From the human T2T-CHM13v2.0 reference genome, Homo sapiens, in NCBI GenBank assembly GCA_009914755.4, contig CP068257.2, positions 21,344,001-21,408,000 of the forward strand: a stretch of 64,000 bases of DNA, given 5' to 3'. Shown here one piece after another: positions 63,790-64,000 of the stretch (position 1 is its first letter; each line of letters opens with the position of its first letter). The notes below the pieces were generated by a model. The model was not told where the DNA came from and ran no database searches. It saw only the letters and a list, made by a program, of their open reading frames with translations. The translations under genes were made by a program, and so were the position numbers.

Positions 63790-64000
63790 ATTTATTGAGT
63801 AGGAGTCTTGCTTTATCACTGATCTCAACTCACTGGAACCTCCGCCTCCCAGGTTCAAGCGATTCTCCTGCCTCAGCCTCCCGAGGAGCTGGGATTACAG
63901 GCACCCACCACCACTCCTGCCCGGCTAATTTTTGTATTTTTAGTAGAGACTAGAGATGAGGTTTCACTATGTTGGCTAGACTGGTCTCAAACTCTTGACC
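63790..64000 (-). mobile_element. Alu SINE in minus orientation, cut by the window end, with an internal ~21-bp deletion in the right arm
   Basis: 'tatttatttatttattgagtaggagtcttgctttatcactgatctcaactcactggaacctccgcctcccaggttcaagcgattctcctgcctcagcctcccgaggagctgggattacaggcacccaccaccactcctgcccggctaatttttgtatttttagtagagac..gagatgaggtttcactatgttggctagactggtctcaaactcttgacc'. Confidence 0.8.

Overview
This window is primate (human-like) nuclear genomic DNA, not prokaryotic. It is AT-rich and dense with interspersed repeats, and I find no convincing protein-coding gene, RNA gene, CRISPR array or operon-like organisation. Recognisable content by eye:
- 11 Alu elements, including a young AluY with a perfect target-site duplication (TSD).
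- Several LINE-1 copies. One is a full-length, TSD-bounded L1 with an internal inversion. There is also an L1PA-type 3' end and a cluster of minus-strand L1 fragments.
- LTR retrotransposon remnants: two THE1-type MaLR LTRs, MLT2-like ERVL LTRs, one MLT1-like and one MST-like LTR, and a solo LTR12 (HERV9) LTR.
- One non-autonomous hAT-like DNA transposon, a MIR fragment, and microsatellites ((CA)n, (GATA)n, (TA)n, (GA)n).

Nearly every ORF in the supplied six-frame track falls inside L1 ORF1/ORF2 remnants, Alu sequence or low-complexity DNA. The few that do not have no supporting coding signal. The likeliest interpretation is an intergenic or deep-intronic, repeat-rich region.

No novel prokaryotic-style system is present. 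The observations worth a second look are structural features of the transposon insertions: an inversion inside a single L1 insertion, an LTR12 sitting at the centre of a palindromic duplication of L1 3' ends, and an insertion hotspot in low-complexity DNA.

Repeat family names are recalled from memory of consensus sequences, and boundaries are approximate (about +/-20 bp) unless TSDs are quoted.
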